NCBI RefSeq assembly: GCF_964355755.1
Contig: NC_092671.1
Span: forward strand, 23,014,070-23,078,069
Direction: 5' to 3'
Source: Antedon mediterranea
Lineage: Eukaryota > Animalia > Echinodermata
Length of the DNA: 64,000 bases
Under the pieces are notes generated by a model. That model had not been told where the DNA came from. It ran no database searches and was given only the letters and a program-made list of their open reading frames with translations. This document shows, one piece after another, positions 41,575 to 53,842 of the stretch (positions are counted from its first letter, which is position 1; each line of letters starts with the position of its first letter). The position numbers were made by a program, and so were the translations under genes.

Positions 41575-43284
41575 TCGCAGGAGATTTTGTCGTGAACCAC
41601 ATTCAATTCGTCGGGGCGTCGAAAGTCAACGCACGGGGAATCAAAAATCAACACGCGTGTCGTTTACGTCTCCTAATTAACTAAATATGTTACATACAGT
41701 ATATACAATATTTACACATAAGTTGGTTTAATTTTTACATAGGTTTATCCATCATTATTTTTACATTCTTATTTTTTTTATGGACACATCCTCAGTACAA
41801 AGAATTTAAAAAATAAATACTGTATTTTAACTAAAATTCAGTATATAAAATAATTTAACTTAATTACATAATGTACAATATTTACACGTGATAGTATTGC
41901 CCAATAGAATTTACTCATTATTTTTAGGCACAGGCCTAGCATAGGGCTTCTACTAGGCCCTAGCTAGCTACCATTTTAAAACCCCAAAACAATCGAAATA
42001 AACTATTCCGAATCCGTCTTATGCTACACGAGTTAACATATTATTTCAGATGACAAACATTGAGTTTTATATTGTTTTATCCATACGTAATTACACTGGC
42101 ATTAAAGATATAACATTAAAATGTAGGCCGTTTATGAGCTATTTCGCCGATTTCTTATCGCTGGGAAATTCCCCACCAATCACATCGATCGAGGAGTAGG
42201 CCTAGGCTAGAATAGAATAGAGGCCTAGCGTGCATGCCGGAACGGGTGGATTATTGCTATATAAATAACAAGTTTGAACAAAAGAGCTTACGACAATCTT
42301 AGGTAAAGTTTTATTAAACGTAGGCCTACTTGCTTGGCGAATCCATATGCCTTTTAAATCATTTTAACATGTTCGTATTATCGGATCGTACAGTAAAATC
42401 ACCTCCATGGATGGTAAAACCAAATAAAACACCGCCTCAACAACCTCGTGCGATGTGCGATCTGTTGTTCTTTGCAGCGGATCAACATTGGTAGAGTCCA
42501 TTAATTATGAGGGTGTTTAAAAATGTAATAACTATTAAAAACGTGTCTCAACCACTGTATAATCAAAGCGTTTATTTAGTTAAAACTTGGATCCTCCCAA
42601 AATTGATAATCGCGTATTCCGGTTACCACGTGATTGATTCACGGTTGGTTGCACGCTTTTTTTTTTCTACGTCCGGCGTGTAGTACCGTGCGGTACGCGA
42701 ATGTTTATATTATTGTTACGGTTTAACAAAGGCAGTGCATACAAATAAAAATACAATAATAGACCACGGAGACTGCATGAATAGACATTGTTTCAACATC
42801 CTGCCTCACTTTTGTATTGACTATTGTTGACCTGGGCTGAGCCTGGGCGTAACCGTAAATCAATTTGGCCAAAAATATGGGGAAATTTGAAAATGCGGTA
42901 AAAAATTTAAAACGCGGTAGAAAACGTCGAGATAGCGGTAGCGCGGTAGATGGGTACTAAAAGCGGTAGACTACCGCGAGTAGCGGTAGACTTGGGACCC
43001 CTGCTTTAGTTATTGTTATGATTTGAACGCACTAGTTGTAAATTACAGCCAACGTTTCACCATATACATATTATAATATTTCTATGGTTTTCACCAATGA
43101 CAACTGTCAAGCTAGAGAAAGCATTATAATTATGATATCCATTTTAGTAAAGAAAACGGCAAAATGTTCTCAACCTTTTATTTATCATTTACAGGGAAAT
43201 GTGTGTATGACTACAGTTTTTGGCTCTTTAGGTCGTCAAAACTGCCTTTTCCAAAGCTGATTTTTTGTTGGGTGGTATTCTCAT

Positions 43285-43607
43285 GAGTGAGTGAGTGGCC
43301 GAGCGGTTAAGACAGTGGAACCGTAATTACGTAGCCATAACATCGGCAGGGGTTCGAGGCTCACTCACTCCATGGTTCTGGTGGTAGAACGAGTCTTCTC
43401 GGATAAGGACTATAAACCGTAGGTCCAGTGTACATATCTAGCTCGTGTGCACTTTAAAGAACCTAGTACATCTTTCGAGACGAGTAGGGGGTTACCCCGG
43501 TGTATTAGTACATCACAGCCACTGATCACAAACTGGGCCCTCTGGGAGACCAGTCTTTGACTGAAGAGGTTACCCAGTATAAATATAAAATTTCAATTCA
43601 ATTCAAT
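43285..43607 (+). mobile_element. Full-length tRNA-derived SINE
   Basis: A box TGGCCGAGCGG, B box GGTTCGAG, (TTCAA)n tail, 7-bp TSD TTCTCAT. Second copy at 17885-18195. Confidence 0.9.
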
Positions 43608-44744
43608 TTCTCATACAGTACTATTTTTCTTACATATCATGTTAACAGTAAAATAAAGTATGCACCCTACCCGCATTATTACATAATGCACAACTTATTA
43701 GACAAGGATGTATATTAAAAATAAGCAGTCAGTAACAAAAGCCAAAGCAAAGCGAAAATTCAATGGCTTCTGAAATTAACAATTTAACAGCTGTGTCAAA
43801 TAGCTTCATATAAACAGTGTCGAAATACAAAAGGATTATAATATAAAAGGTTAATACTGTAATTAGAATTGCTATCCCACACTACAAAATTAATAAAACG
43901 CTTGTGTCATTTATCCGTCATACGTTAACCATGGAGTAAAGAATATTACATGCGTTAACAAAATAAAGGTTTACTATTTTTAATAATGTTAATGAATGTT
44001 TGTTTTATAAAGGCGAATGGCAAAAAAAAAAATCAGAAAAGGCATCACAAAAATACAATTTATATTCACATAAAAACAAGACACAAACCGAAAAATATTA
44101 TTTAACTTGTCTCTAAATATAACTTTTTATTGAAGAATTTGTCGATCTTGTTCAATTGTCATACAAAATGTAGGCCTATACAGTAGGCCTGTAATACAAC
44201 ATTTATTGTAGGTGTACCCCACTATACAGAGAGGGTTAATCGTAAATTTGTGGACTCTTTTGCTGTGTAGCGTACATACAAAGTATACGAAGTACGCGTC
44301 GGTAAACTTCGCCTGGAAAGTAACTACGTATTTTGGTCCCTGGATGGACCATGATATATCACGCGTAAACCGCAAGGAGCCGGGCCCAGTGTTGAACCAT
44401 TTGTACAAAGGGACACCTCGCGTTCCCCGAACGGACGATCGAAGTAGCCTAGTTTCGCGACTGCCTGGCTACCCGGTGACATCACACAACAGTCGCAAGC
44501 GGACGCACCAGAGTTCGATAAATCGTTCAACGTACAGACGCGACCGGTCGCAAGTTTCTGCGTCGGTATTGAAGGGCGGGGCTACAACTGGAATCCTCAT
44601 GAATATGTAAATTAGAATTTAATGAGATAAATTAAATTACGGTCGCGTGCAGACGGACTGCTATTTTTAGACGCGATACACTTCGTCCGATATTTAGTGG
44701 AGATGACGCTTAACAAGGGGTTATCCGCCAAATGCGGATAACCA

Positions 44745-44835
44745 AGAATAAAGATTTGTACAATAACAATAATAATAATAAAGATTTCATACAATAACAA
44801 TTATAGGTGATCATTTTATTCTAAATGATCACTTA
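44745..44835 (-). mobile_element. Family B 5' end hosting the split family A copy
   Basis: taggtgatcattttattctaaatgatcactta plus aaagatttcatacaataac, as at 18495-18548. Confidence 0.8.
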
Positions 44836-44847
44836 ATTATTTCATAC

Positions 44848-44962
44848 CTAATGTTGGAGTTTCCACATTAATATATTCAACAACAGGAGCATTACGTTTC
44901 ACAACTGTATGACTTGTGCCACGTATCACTTTGCCTCGAAGTCGTGAAGCCTCAGCAGCCAT
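44848..44962 (-). CDS. SETDB1: Next SETDB1-like exon (post-Tudor linker)
   Basis: Acceptor tttattttaacag, donor gtatga, 115 nt. Phase 0 in (matches the previous exon), phase 1 out. Translates MAAEASRLRGKVIRGTSHTVVKRNAPVVEYINVETPTL; NAPVVEY corresponds to human KGPVVQY (recalled). Confidence 0.8.
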
Positions 44963-46459
44963 CTGTTAAAATAAATCATTGCATTTCAATTTTAGTGATT
45001 AAAAACGAATGGAATTGTTTTGGCAGCATTTTTACATCTAAAGAGCTATGCAAACTTCAAGCCAATTTGCTAGGAATGGAATGCTTTCATTGTCTTTTGT
45101 ACTGGAAAAAGACCTAGACAAGTACAAATACCAGGCGATTGTTCTTATGTATATCTCCTCGACATTAAATTTAGTATTCATTCAATTCAATATATCTGTA
45201 TTTTAGTTAAAAGATGTCATAAAATAGGGGTCTGTTTACCTTCGCTTAAGGATTATACCATTTTCATATACCTACTTCATTTATATTATTTTCCTGTTAA
45301 TTAATTTTGTTAAAGAAAATTATTTGCGCAAGAAAATCCTCACAATTTAAAATTGCATAAATTGTCCAAATCGCGCATAATTAAAAGAAATAATATAAAA
45401 AAGTTGTCCTCTTAATTTAAAGGAAATTCACAAAACAGAATCCCAACTTTAAGTGGTATAGAAGTCTCCATCTCCAGAAAGCAGCGACCACATGTCAGTC
45501 CTGCATCCCCGGTTTTTCAAAACAGATTATTTCAGCCCTCACTATAATTAAGTACTAGTACAGTATGTCACAGTGGCTATATCTTGAAAACATTGTTAGA
45601 AAAACCTGTGACTGTTTAGAATTAGGTTATCATTTTCAATAAACGATTTTGGTTGAAACAAATGATTTGTACATTTGTAGAATTTTATTTGCATATTTAA
45701 CGTCAAAACTAATCATTTTTACATTTAATGGCGCGATGTTTGCACATTAGTGGATTAAACATTTTTACAGATTTGAACTTTTGAGGGTGTAAAAGTAATT
45801 CTAAATATGCCCCCTCCCCCCTCCCCCCCCCCCCCCCCTCTAATACTAACGAAATCAGCCAAACAAATCTGAATAAAATTCAATGACCCACATTAAAGAG
45901 TGCGCTGACGGGGTGCAAAAAAGCATGTGGAACATTGGTGGTCGACCAAATTCTCACATGATAAAAACAACGCAAATCAAACATGTTAGATACTTGTCTG
46001 TTGGTATCCCATTGTACAAACTGGCTGAAAAAAGTTTGCTGAGGTGTGACGTAAACCTTGTGGGTCTATTTTGTTAATAATATGTTATCAAATTTAAAAT
46101 ATATTAAATATATTGGGCATAACTGCTGTAATTTTCAATCATTGTTCTCCTTGATTAATTGATAACAATGGTGTTTATAACACATTACGACAGACGCGTA
46201 GCAAAATAATCCGTCTCATAGGATCGCGATAAAAAAATAATGCAGTTCCTAGGATCGCGATCAAAAACAATATATCTCTTGGAATCTAAATCGAAACACA
46301 ATACCTCGTAGCCAGGAAGATGGAACGTTACGTTGCAGCAATTTTTAGCTGTACTGTAATAGTTTTATGCAAAGGGTACAAATAATTTAATTTCCTTCAT
46401 GGTCTCACTATACATGGTACCATAACTCATAAACATTGATTATTTACAAATATACCTAC

Positions 46460-46580
46460 CAATTCTCTGTGTAGAGGTTCAAGTCTTGGAGATCCCCGAT
46501 AAATCCATTCAGTTCTTTCATCAATAAGAAATTTCATGTTAACTAAGCTACCATGAACCTTCAACACTCTTGTTTTCCAC
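46460..46580 (-). CDS. SETDB1: Internal exon of a SETDB1/eggless-like histone H3K9 methyltransferase (end of the triple Tudor region)
   Basis: Minus strand: acceptor ttacttcttttag, 121-nt exon, donor gtaggt. Translates (W)[40 protein letters not shown], recognisably like human SETDB1 [36 protein letters not shown] (recalled). Phase 2 in, phase 0 out. Confidence 0.9.
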
Positions 46581-46621
46581 CTAAAAGAAGTAAAAAAGCA
46601 ATTCCATAAAATAATGTCAAA

Positions 46622-46800
46622 CTAGACTTAATTCGTCACTATGACGAATGATAGGTGACATGCATTGATTTAAATAATAAGATAATTGATTTTGTAAAAG
46701 ATATATTAATTTTGATGATATTTATAACAACAAACCCAGATAATATTTTCACTAACTTTAAGAAAGACAGTAATAAAGGTTCAATAGAAAATAAAAACAC
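46622..46800 (-). mobile_element. Family B-like 3' end
   Basis: a|ctag..aattcgtca-cta-tgacgaat..taggtga is the reverse of the B 3' terminus. Confidence 0.6.
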
Positions 46801-46804
46801 AAGG

Positions 46805-47400
46805 CTATGACAATGTATTAAAAGTTTGGCGTATGTGTGCAGTAAATGGGCATTCACATAGTGCATGAAGCTCGGTCTGCACTCTGCCACATTTAATACA
46901 AAGACGTTCATCGGGTGGCGTGCAAGACCACCGCCCAGTTTCTATTTTAAGGTTATGAGATATAAGTCGTAAACGTGAGAAAGCTAACCTTTCGAGTCGA
47001 GATAAAGGATTTAAAGTGAGGCAATATGTACTATTAAGTTTAGTATGTGTGGATTCTAACACATGGTTACGAATTCTAGCTATATCAAATATTACGATGA
47101 TCAGGAATCTCTAAAATATTACAAACATAAGGATAAAATGGAGTTTGAGCAAGACGACATATTGACCATGCCAACATAAATGGGTCGTCATTCATATTCT
47201 CCCTTTCATTTAATATTTTATTAAAAACCTTATATTGAACCTGCTTTACCATGCCATTAATTGACGGATAACCTAGTTCGACCAAACAAATATCATTAGC
47301 TGTGGATGATCTAACTACAAAAGCACTTTTATCGCTGACATATATAATACCTGAATAGATTTAAATGAATTTTGACATCCATGATTCACAACTAGATCAT
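46805..47400 (-). mobile_element. Decayed LINE ORF2 C-terminus (RTEX-like) with a CCHC-type finger
   Basis: ELGYPSI..., then RLRLISHNLKIETGRW..RLCIKC..TELHALCECP. Confidence 0.7.
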
Positions 47401-49229
47401 CAATGATTTTTCTTTTAATATTAGTCTGTTAAATTTATCTGTCAGTAAACTTCCTGCAAGTTCCTCTAACCTTGTTTTGAGCAATCAATTTGCAAAATAT
47501 TTCACTGATATAGTGTAGGCTGGTATGTCGTTTATTTGAATGTCGTGTATATTTTTTGTTAAAAGCAAACTTTGACTTTATTTCATATCTTGATAATATA
47601 AAGAATGAAAAAAAATATGTTGCCATTTTTTCAAAAGATATTTAAAGGACCAAATTCAAGATGGCCGCCAACATTCAAATAACCCTATTAAAAATCAGAA
47701 TATCACCAATAATACAAATTATGAATGTGGAACAAGCCCGTTTTGATGGTATTACTGTACCCATTATACAATCCTAACTATGTAAAGCGATAATCTGTTG
47801 GCCATCTTGGATTTCAAAATGGCCACCACTAAAAATTAAATTCTTTAAATAATTTTTTTTAAATATGTGTGCATAAATTGTTGTTTGTACACAATGTTCT
47901 AAAATTGTCAATGTCCTCTATATAACAGATATATAATACCCCACTATGACTATTGAATTAAATAATCGTTCAAAGTTGGAGTTGCAAAAGTATGGAAAAA
48001 CTTAACAATTTATATCAAATATTCAACAACAATTACGTCTAACTAGAGGGTTAGATCTATAGTTCGCTCGCTCCCCTCTAGGAAGTGTAAACGAAGGTTG
48101 TCGGAATGATAATGACTCGGGTAAAAATGTTTACGGACGTTCTCCTTGTACGTTTTCTGTCGGTTACCATTATTGAAAATGCTTGACATTCGAAAAACTA
48201 AACCTACTCTGTTTCACAGTGTCTTAGATGATTAATAACATTTTAAAGTATAGTGTTTATTGTTTTATAGGGCGGAGGTGGAGAGGCAGAGTTAATTTGA
48301 GGGAGATGCTTATTCGAGGGATTTTTTAGTTTTAATAATATCGTAACATTTATAATCAAATAAAATCCTCTAATAGATATGAAAAGTGGTAAAAAAGTAT
48401 AACAAATGCTTGGTAAATTATAGTTAACAGTGTAATGAATTCTATTATAAATAGTATATACAATATTGGGTAGGGGGGGGGGGTGTAGGCAATTATTATG
48501 ATGTTTTATTGGGGAGGCGTTTATTCAAATAAATACCATCATAATACATTATTTAAATTAAACATCTTTTGAAACTAACTTCCGCAACAGTGTAGGCCGT
48601 TTCGGCCCAAGAAGGAAGATGTTTTAGAGAGGCTTGCAATATGGGCCCTAATGGGACACAGATAGCCTACAGTTATTCCTGCCAGCTTACTCAATAAAAC
48701 TCGGCTATCGGGATTTTATTTTTTAACTACTGTACCTTCACACGCGCGGTCCAATCCGAAAATAAACAAAAAACTAAAATAGCTATAGCCACTAACGACC
48801 AACTTAACTGAAACCAGGTAGTGGCAAGGTGAACCTGTAAACTCATCGTGAACCCGGAAATTACTTTGACCGCGTACAGTTGAAATTGAGTTGAAAATCT
48901 ACCGATGAATCAGAAATTTTGTTTTAAAACTCTTTATAATATATTCCTAAGATAAAAATATGGAACAATATCGTAATAGTGAAAACTGTTTTACATTTCG
49001 CGGTACACCTGAGATAGTTCAGGTAGGTATCCAAGGCAGAAATTTGTTTCAAAGTTTTTCCATTGTGCTCGCCTATGTCAGAATTAACCATGATTTATAT
49101 ATAGATTCTAAATTACAGATCTCATTTATTTTCATGAAACTGAAACTTGACGGGAGACAGGACCACAATATAAAACAAGTGCATTTATACCTTATTGTGA
49201 AATCCTGTATAAATATGTTAAATAATGAA

Positions 49230-50350
49230 TGCGTTATTGTTATGTAATTCAATGTCTGAACCTTCAGGGCCATAGTCACCAGTATGGTTGGTAAGTTTTC
49301 AACCTGTCAACTTTTGGCAGAAGCTTGAAGGAAATACAGATACAGCTCTGCCTATAAATAACCTTGTAAATGAATGAACTCCTACTTCTCATCTTCTACA
49401 ATCTCAACCAATTTCATTAGATATGTACCCCCTACAGACAGACCAGCATTATACACTGGTTTGATGAGTGCACATGGTTGTGGTAACTCATGTACTAGGG
49501 AAAGACAAGAATGCCTGTTGATGACTCTTGCCCGAGATGAGTGGAGGTGGACAGAGATGACATCAAAAAGCAATTATTATGTCGACCCGGTGAACTATAT
49601 GGCTTTTGGACATGTAGCATTGTGAAAATAGTGTTGAGGCAAGTGCTTTTGTTGAAACTTGTATTACCTATACAACCAGTGACACAAATATCTTAAATGG
49701 AAAACATCTCTAAAGGACAGAAGCACACTAATTCTGCTTTCTGTCTACAACTTGCTTCTACAAATGCAGACAGAGAAAGAGATTCTAAGTTAAGTATCAT
49801 TTTGTTTGAAAGAGGCTGATCATAAAGATATTAACTTGAATACAGAGAGTCGACGAAATCTAAATGATGTGGTTGAACTATATCCCTATATATGAATATG
49901 AGAGGACATGTATGTGTGGGACTTGCTGGATTTACATCAATTGATCAGGGTCATTGAGCGTGGTATCATTGGAATAACACAAATTAATGATTTCATCAGA
50001 GCTGGCAAATCTAGTTAACATTTAAAGAGAGATGATATCCCGATTAATGAAGAATGCTGCAATTCGCACAAAGGTGTTTGTTGGCCATGGCATGATGAAA
50101 TTGGACAGAAAATGTTTGAGGCATTGGTAAAAGTCTTGTAGAAGGCAAACTGTCTATATGGGATCCTAAGAAAAAGACGAATATTGGCAAAAAATATATA
50201 TGACGTTGAATACAGGTGACAAACTTATCAAAGTAAAAGAGGACTCCTATAGAGATTATTTGCCGGTGAAATGAGGTATTTCAGTTATTTTGCAAATTTG
50301 TTTCTGAACAAGGTTGTTGGGAACGCAGATCAGTCTGTGGAAGTTTGATG
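49230..50350 (+). pseudogene. Highly decayed Academ-like transposase within an Academ-like block (~47430-51030)
   Basis: Frameshifted motifs GFWT..AL.K, LVNI, EIGQKMFEALV, EGKLSIWDP.KK and KLIKVKE. Flanked by aaaatggcggccatttt repeats at 47650-47830 and 50630-50945. Confidence 0.5.
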
Positions 50351-51039
50351 GATACAGTAGTAGAGAACGAAGGAAGGTCAACGTACTGTATCGCATTCAA
50401 GATTAGAAATATTTCATTGAAGGACTTTGGCAGAGTTAGTTGTCATTTAACTGAAGAAGTTTATGAGATGTTTTAATATGAAGAAGTGTACAGTCAGTAC
50501 TGTAGACCTCCTGATGGTCAACATTTTGTGTTAATCACCATGTTGTTGTCATAAGCATATCATTTTGTGTATTTCAATCTAATTTTATTTAACTTATACA
50601 AGTTTTAATAAGAAATTTAACCCGATTAAAAAAAATGGCGGCCATTTTAAAAATCAAAATGGCCGCCATTTTGTGTTAATCACCAATGTTGTTGTCATAG
50701 GCCTATTATGTGATTTCAATCAACGTCATTACTTGCACATGTTTTAATAAGAAATTTAATCCATTTTTAAAAAATGGCGGCCATTTTGAAATTCAAAATG
50801 TCAGAATACTAATGAATATAGGTTTATAATAATTCTTATATAGCAGAGAACCCATATGAACTTAAAATATTATTCCTAATGGGTGTTACTTTGTCCAATA
50901 TGGTACATTTATTGGATATTTTACGTATTGGCGGCCATCTTGGATTTGACATCCTTAAGCTTTTTTAAAAAAATGGCAACATATTTTTGTCATTACTTTA
51001 CATCCTAAAGACACTAAATCAGCTGGAATTTTGCTTTTA

Positions 51040-53790
51040 ACAAAAAAATGACACGAAATTACATAGTGGCCTACACTAATAAGGTGTCTAACATTAGATC
51101 TGAACTTGATCAAATGTGCCATATAAATAATGATAAGAATGATAATGTATACAATGTCATTCAAAACGAAATCTTAAATTCTGATAATAATATCCTTAGT
51201 GATAAAGTAAGTAAGGCCCTGTTCAGACCCATGGCGTTAGACCATTTTAGCGTACAACGTTACTATCAAGGTCACGTTACAAACCGCAGTGAAAAAAACG
51301 AGGTGTTCAGACCCATAGCCTACGATTATCGTTACAACGGAAGTACGCCATCCAGGTTGTTTCTAGTTGCATATTCATGTGCTCTTACCCCACGTGTTTT
51401 CATCATTATTTCCACTGTATATACGGTAGGCCTAGATCTCAGCCCTACAATTATGACAAAATTTGCCGTAAATAAGACATACCTCAGCATTTATTTAAGA
51501 AAAATATAGTAAAGCCAAATTTCTGTTTCTATTCTTTTTATTTTGTAGTAAAAAATATTTTCCCCAGGCTCTTGTGTTACGAAAATAAAGCAGGCCTCGT
51601 AATGATGAAGAAAAAAATGATTGTGATTAGTCTATCCAGTCCAGTCAAAGATATATATTCTTTGGTCCAGTCAGTTGAAAATAACCCTTAACCTGCTAAT
51701 AAAAGGGACACAGCTCCCCCTGTTTGTTTACTGATTTTTTTAGGAGTTAGGGGGTTTTCAGCATTAAACTTGTCCAGTCTAGTCTGCCTTGTATGAATGA
51801 GTGACTTGATGTCCCACGCTAGTTTTTAGCTTGAATGAAATGCTTGAATGGCTCTAGGCCTAGCTAGGCCTAAAAGCGGATGGGATCGTAGTCCCTATGT
51901 TTAAATACAAGGTGCATGTATTTATGTCATTTGTTAGAAAATATAATGGTAATCAGTTGATAATAGTTTGTAGCCTTTACAGTTGTATTTGTAGTGTAGT
52001 TAGGCCTTATTTATTCTGGCCTTTTTGTTATTGAAATCCATCTCACACATTGACGATACAAGATGTCAACCTAGGTCAAACCTTGTTTCGCGTCATAACA
52101 GGAAACGTTCTGATTGGATACAACGTTGACTTACAGTAGCGTCGTACGCTAAAACGGTACTATCAACCGTTTTCCACTACAACGCTACAACCGTTGTACG
52201 ACGCGTTGTACGCTAATCCCCAACTGTTCAGACACACATTCGTTTAGCGTCGTACGCTATAACGGTCTAACGCCATGGGTCTGAACAGGGCCTAAGCGTG
52301 TAAATATGTTAGATACTTTTGTAAAACTGAACAAGGAAGATGTAAGGAAAATTATCACTAAACATCCTAATAAAACAAGTCCACTGGATCTTATGCCCAC
52401 TTGGTTATTGAAACGCTGTATTGATACATTATGGCCGAGTATCACGTCCATTGTTAATAATTCTCTGAGAGCGGGGATATTTCCTATTATCCTTCGTCAA
52501 GCGATTATTACCACTTTGATTAAGAAACCAACCTTAAATCATGATGTGTTTAAAAATTACCGGCCTGTCTCCAACCTCCCAACGTTAGGTAAAATAATTG
52601 AATATCCCGCAGTCTCTAGTTTTAAAGAGCATCTCCAGAACAACGATCTTACTGAACCGAACCGAACCTCTCTGCATATAAATCATCTCATAGTACGGAA
52701 ACTGCCCTTTTGCGGGTTAAGAATGATATGTTAAATGAACTTGACAAAGGTAAATCAATTATGTTGGTCCTACTAGATCTCTCCTCTGCAATCGACACCA
52801 TAGACCATGACATCCTTGTAAATCGAATGCAGAGTGAATTCGGTACTGCATTAAACTGGTTTGCTAGTTACCATCATGAACGTGTAAATAGAGTCTGTGT
52901 CCTAGGTATGGTGTACCTCAAGGGTCCATCGTAGGTTCATCTATCTTTACTATGTATGCGCAACCTGTTGCAGATATTATTAGGCGATTTGAAGTAGCGT
53001 ATCACATATGCTGATGCCACACAGCTTTACGCTAGCTTTGATTCAAAGTCGGAGGAGGATATTTCCGCTGCTAAGTTTAAACTTACCGAATGCATTACTG
53101 AAATACGTTCGTGGATGATGATCAACAAACTAAAGCTAAATGATTCAAAAACTGAGTTTTGAATCTGAGGCATGTTAAGGCTATATCCCAACTTGATTTG
53201 AAAATCGGTGAATCCATAATCACCCCATCCAGTAAGATTAAAAATCTTGGTATCATGCTTGATAACCAACTTTCTATGAAAAATCATGTTAGTACATTGC
53301 GTAGTAGGGTAAACTTCCATCTTCATAATTTGAGTTGGATTCGGTGTTTCATAGACCGCTCTACATGTACACATGCAGTAAAATCTTTAATTCTTTCCCG
53401 ATTGGACTATGGCAACTCTTTGCTCGGTGGATTGGCTGTTTCAGACGTCCGACGTTTGCAAACACTGCAAAATAGCGCTGCGCATTTTATTTTTCAAGCT
53501 AGCAAGCGCACCACTGCGTCTCCTCTCATTGGGGAGCTGCATTGGTTGCCTGTCCAGCAGAGGATTGAATTCAAGATCTTAGTGCATGTGTACAACTGTC
53601 TGTATGGCTCAGCACCTGGTTATTTACCGGACTTTATAAACAAACACCATTCTGGTCGGCAAGGACTTCGATCTACCCAAGAGGTCGTTTGGCGATACGT
53701 GTTTTTCTGTCATCGGTCCTAGATTGTGGAATAACTTACCATCTTATATTTCAAGAAAATGTTAAAAACCTATCTCTTTCCTAAATAATG
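51040..53790 (+). mobile_element. L2 LINE ORF2 (RT and C-terminus), decayed and split by a MITE
   Basis: KVSNIRSEL before the MITE. After it: LDLMPTWLLK, NYRPVSNLP, LLDLSSAIDTIDH, GVPQGS, YADATQLY, SRLDYGNSLL, LHWLPV. Contains frameshifts. Confidence 0.9.
51215..52292. mobile_element. PIF/Harbinger MITE
   Basis: Perfect TIR GGCCCTGTTCAGACCCATGGCGTTAGACC and TAA TSD. Interrupts the L2 reading frame. Confidence 0.92.
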
Positions 53791-53842
53791 TTAATGAAAT
53801 TACGGTAACTTTTTGTATAGGCCCTCATAGTTTATATATATA

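Larger units (their letters stand above)
28678..44710. mobile_element. TA-TSD TIR transposon (IS630-Tc1-mariner-like), expanded by nested insertions
   Basis: TIR GCGTCATCTCCACTAAATATCGGACG at both ends, TA duplicated in the host A element. Further inverted similarity between 29250-29330 and 44310-44380; a related fragment is at 16800-17010. Confidence 0.75.
27780..44744 (-). mobile_element. Family A element split into 27780-28677 and 44711-44744 by a 16-kb insertion
   Basis: Joining aaaagatcatgacaa|TA|acaaggggttatccgc restores the reverse complement of the intact A copy at 54661-54710. The body is homologous to 240-1000. Confidence 0.8.

Noticed and set aside
43285-43372. Functional tRNA gene
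   Set aside because: The anticodon and T arms are imperfect. It continues into a SINE body with tail and TSD and has a second copy.
44127-44610. Overlapping ORFs on both strands
   Set aside because: GC-richer subterminal region of a TIR element. No recognisable motifs, and paralogous segments show indels.
45808-45840. Poly-C tract
   Set aside because: A simple homopolymer with no further structure.
51048-51509. 153-aa ORF as a novel gene
   Set aside because: It is a chimera of an L2 ORF2 fragment reading into the Harbinger MITE at 51215.
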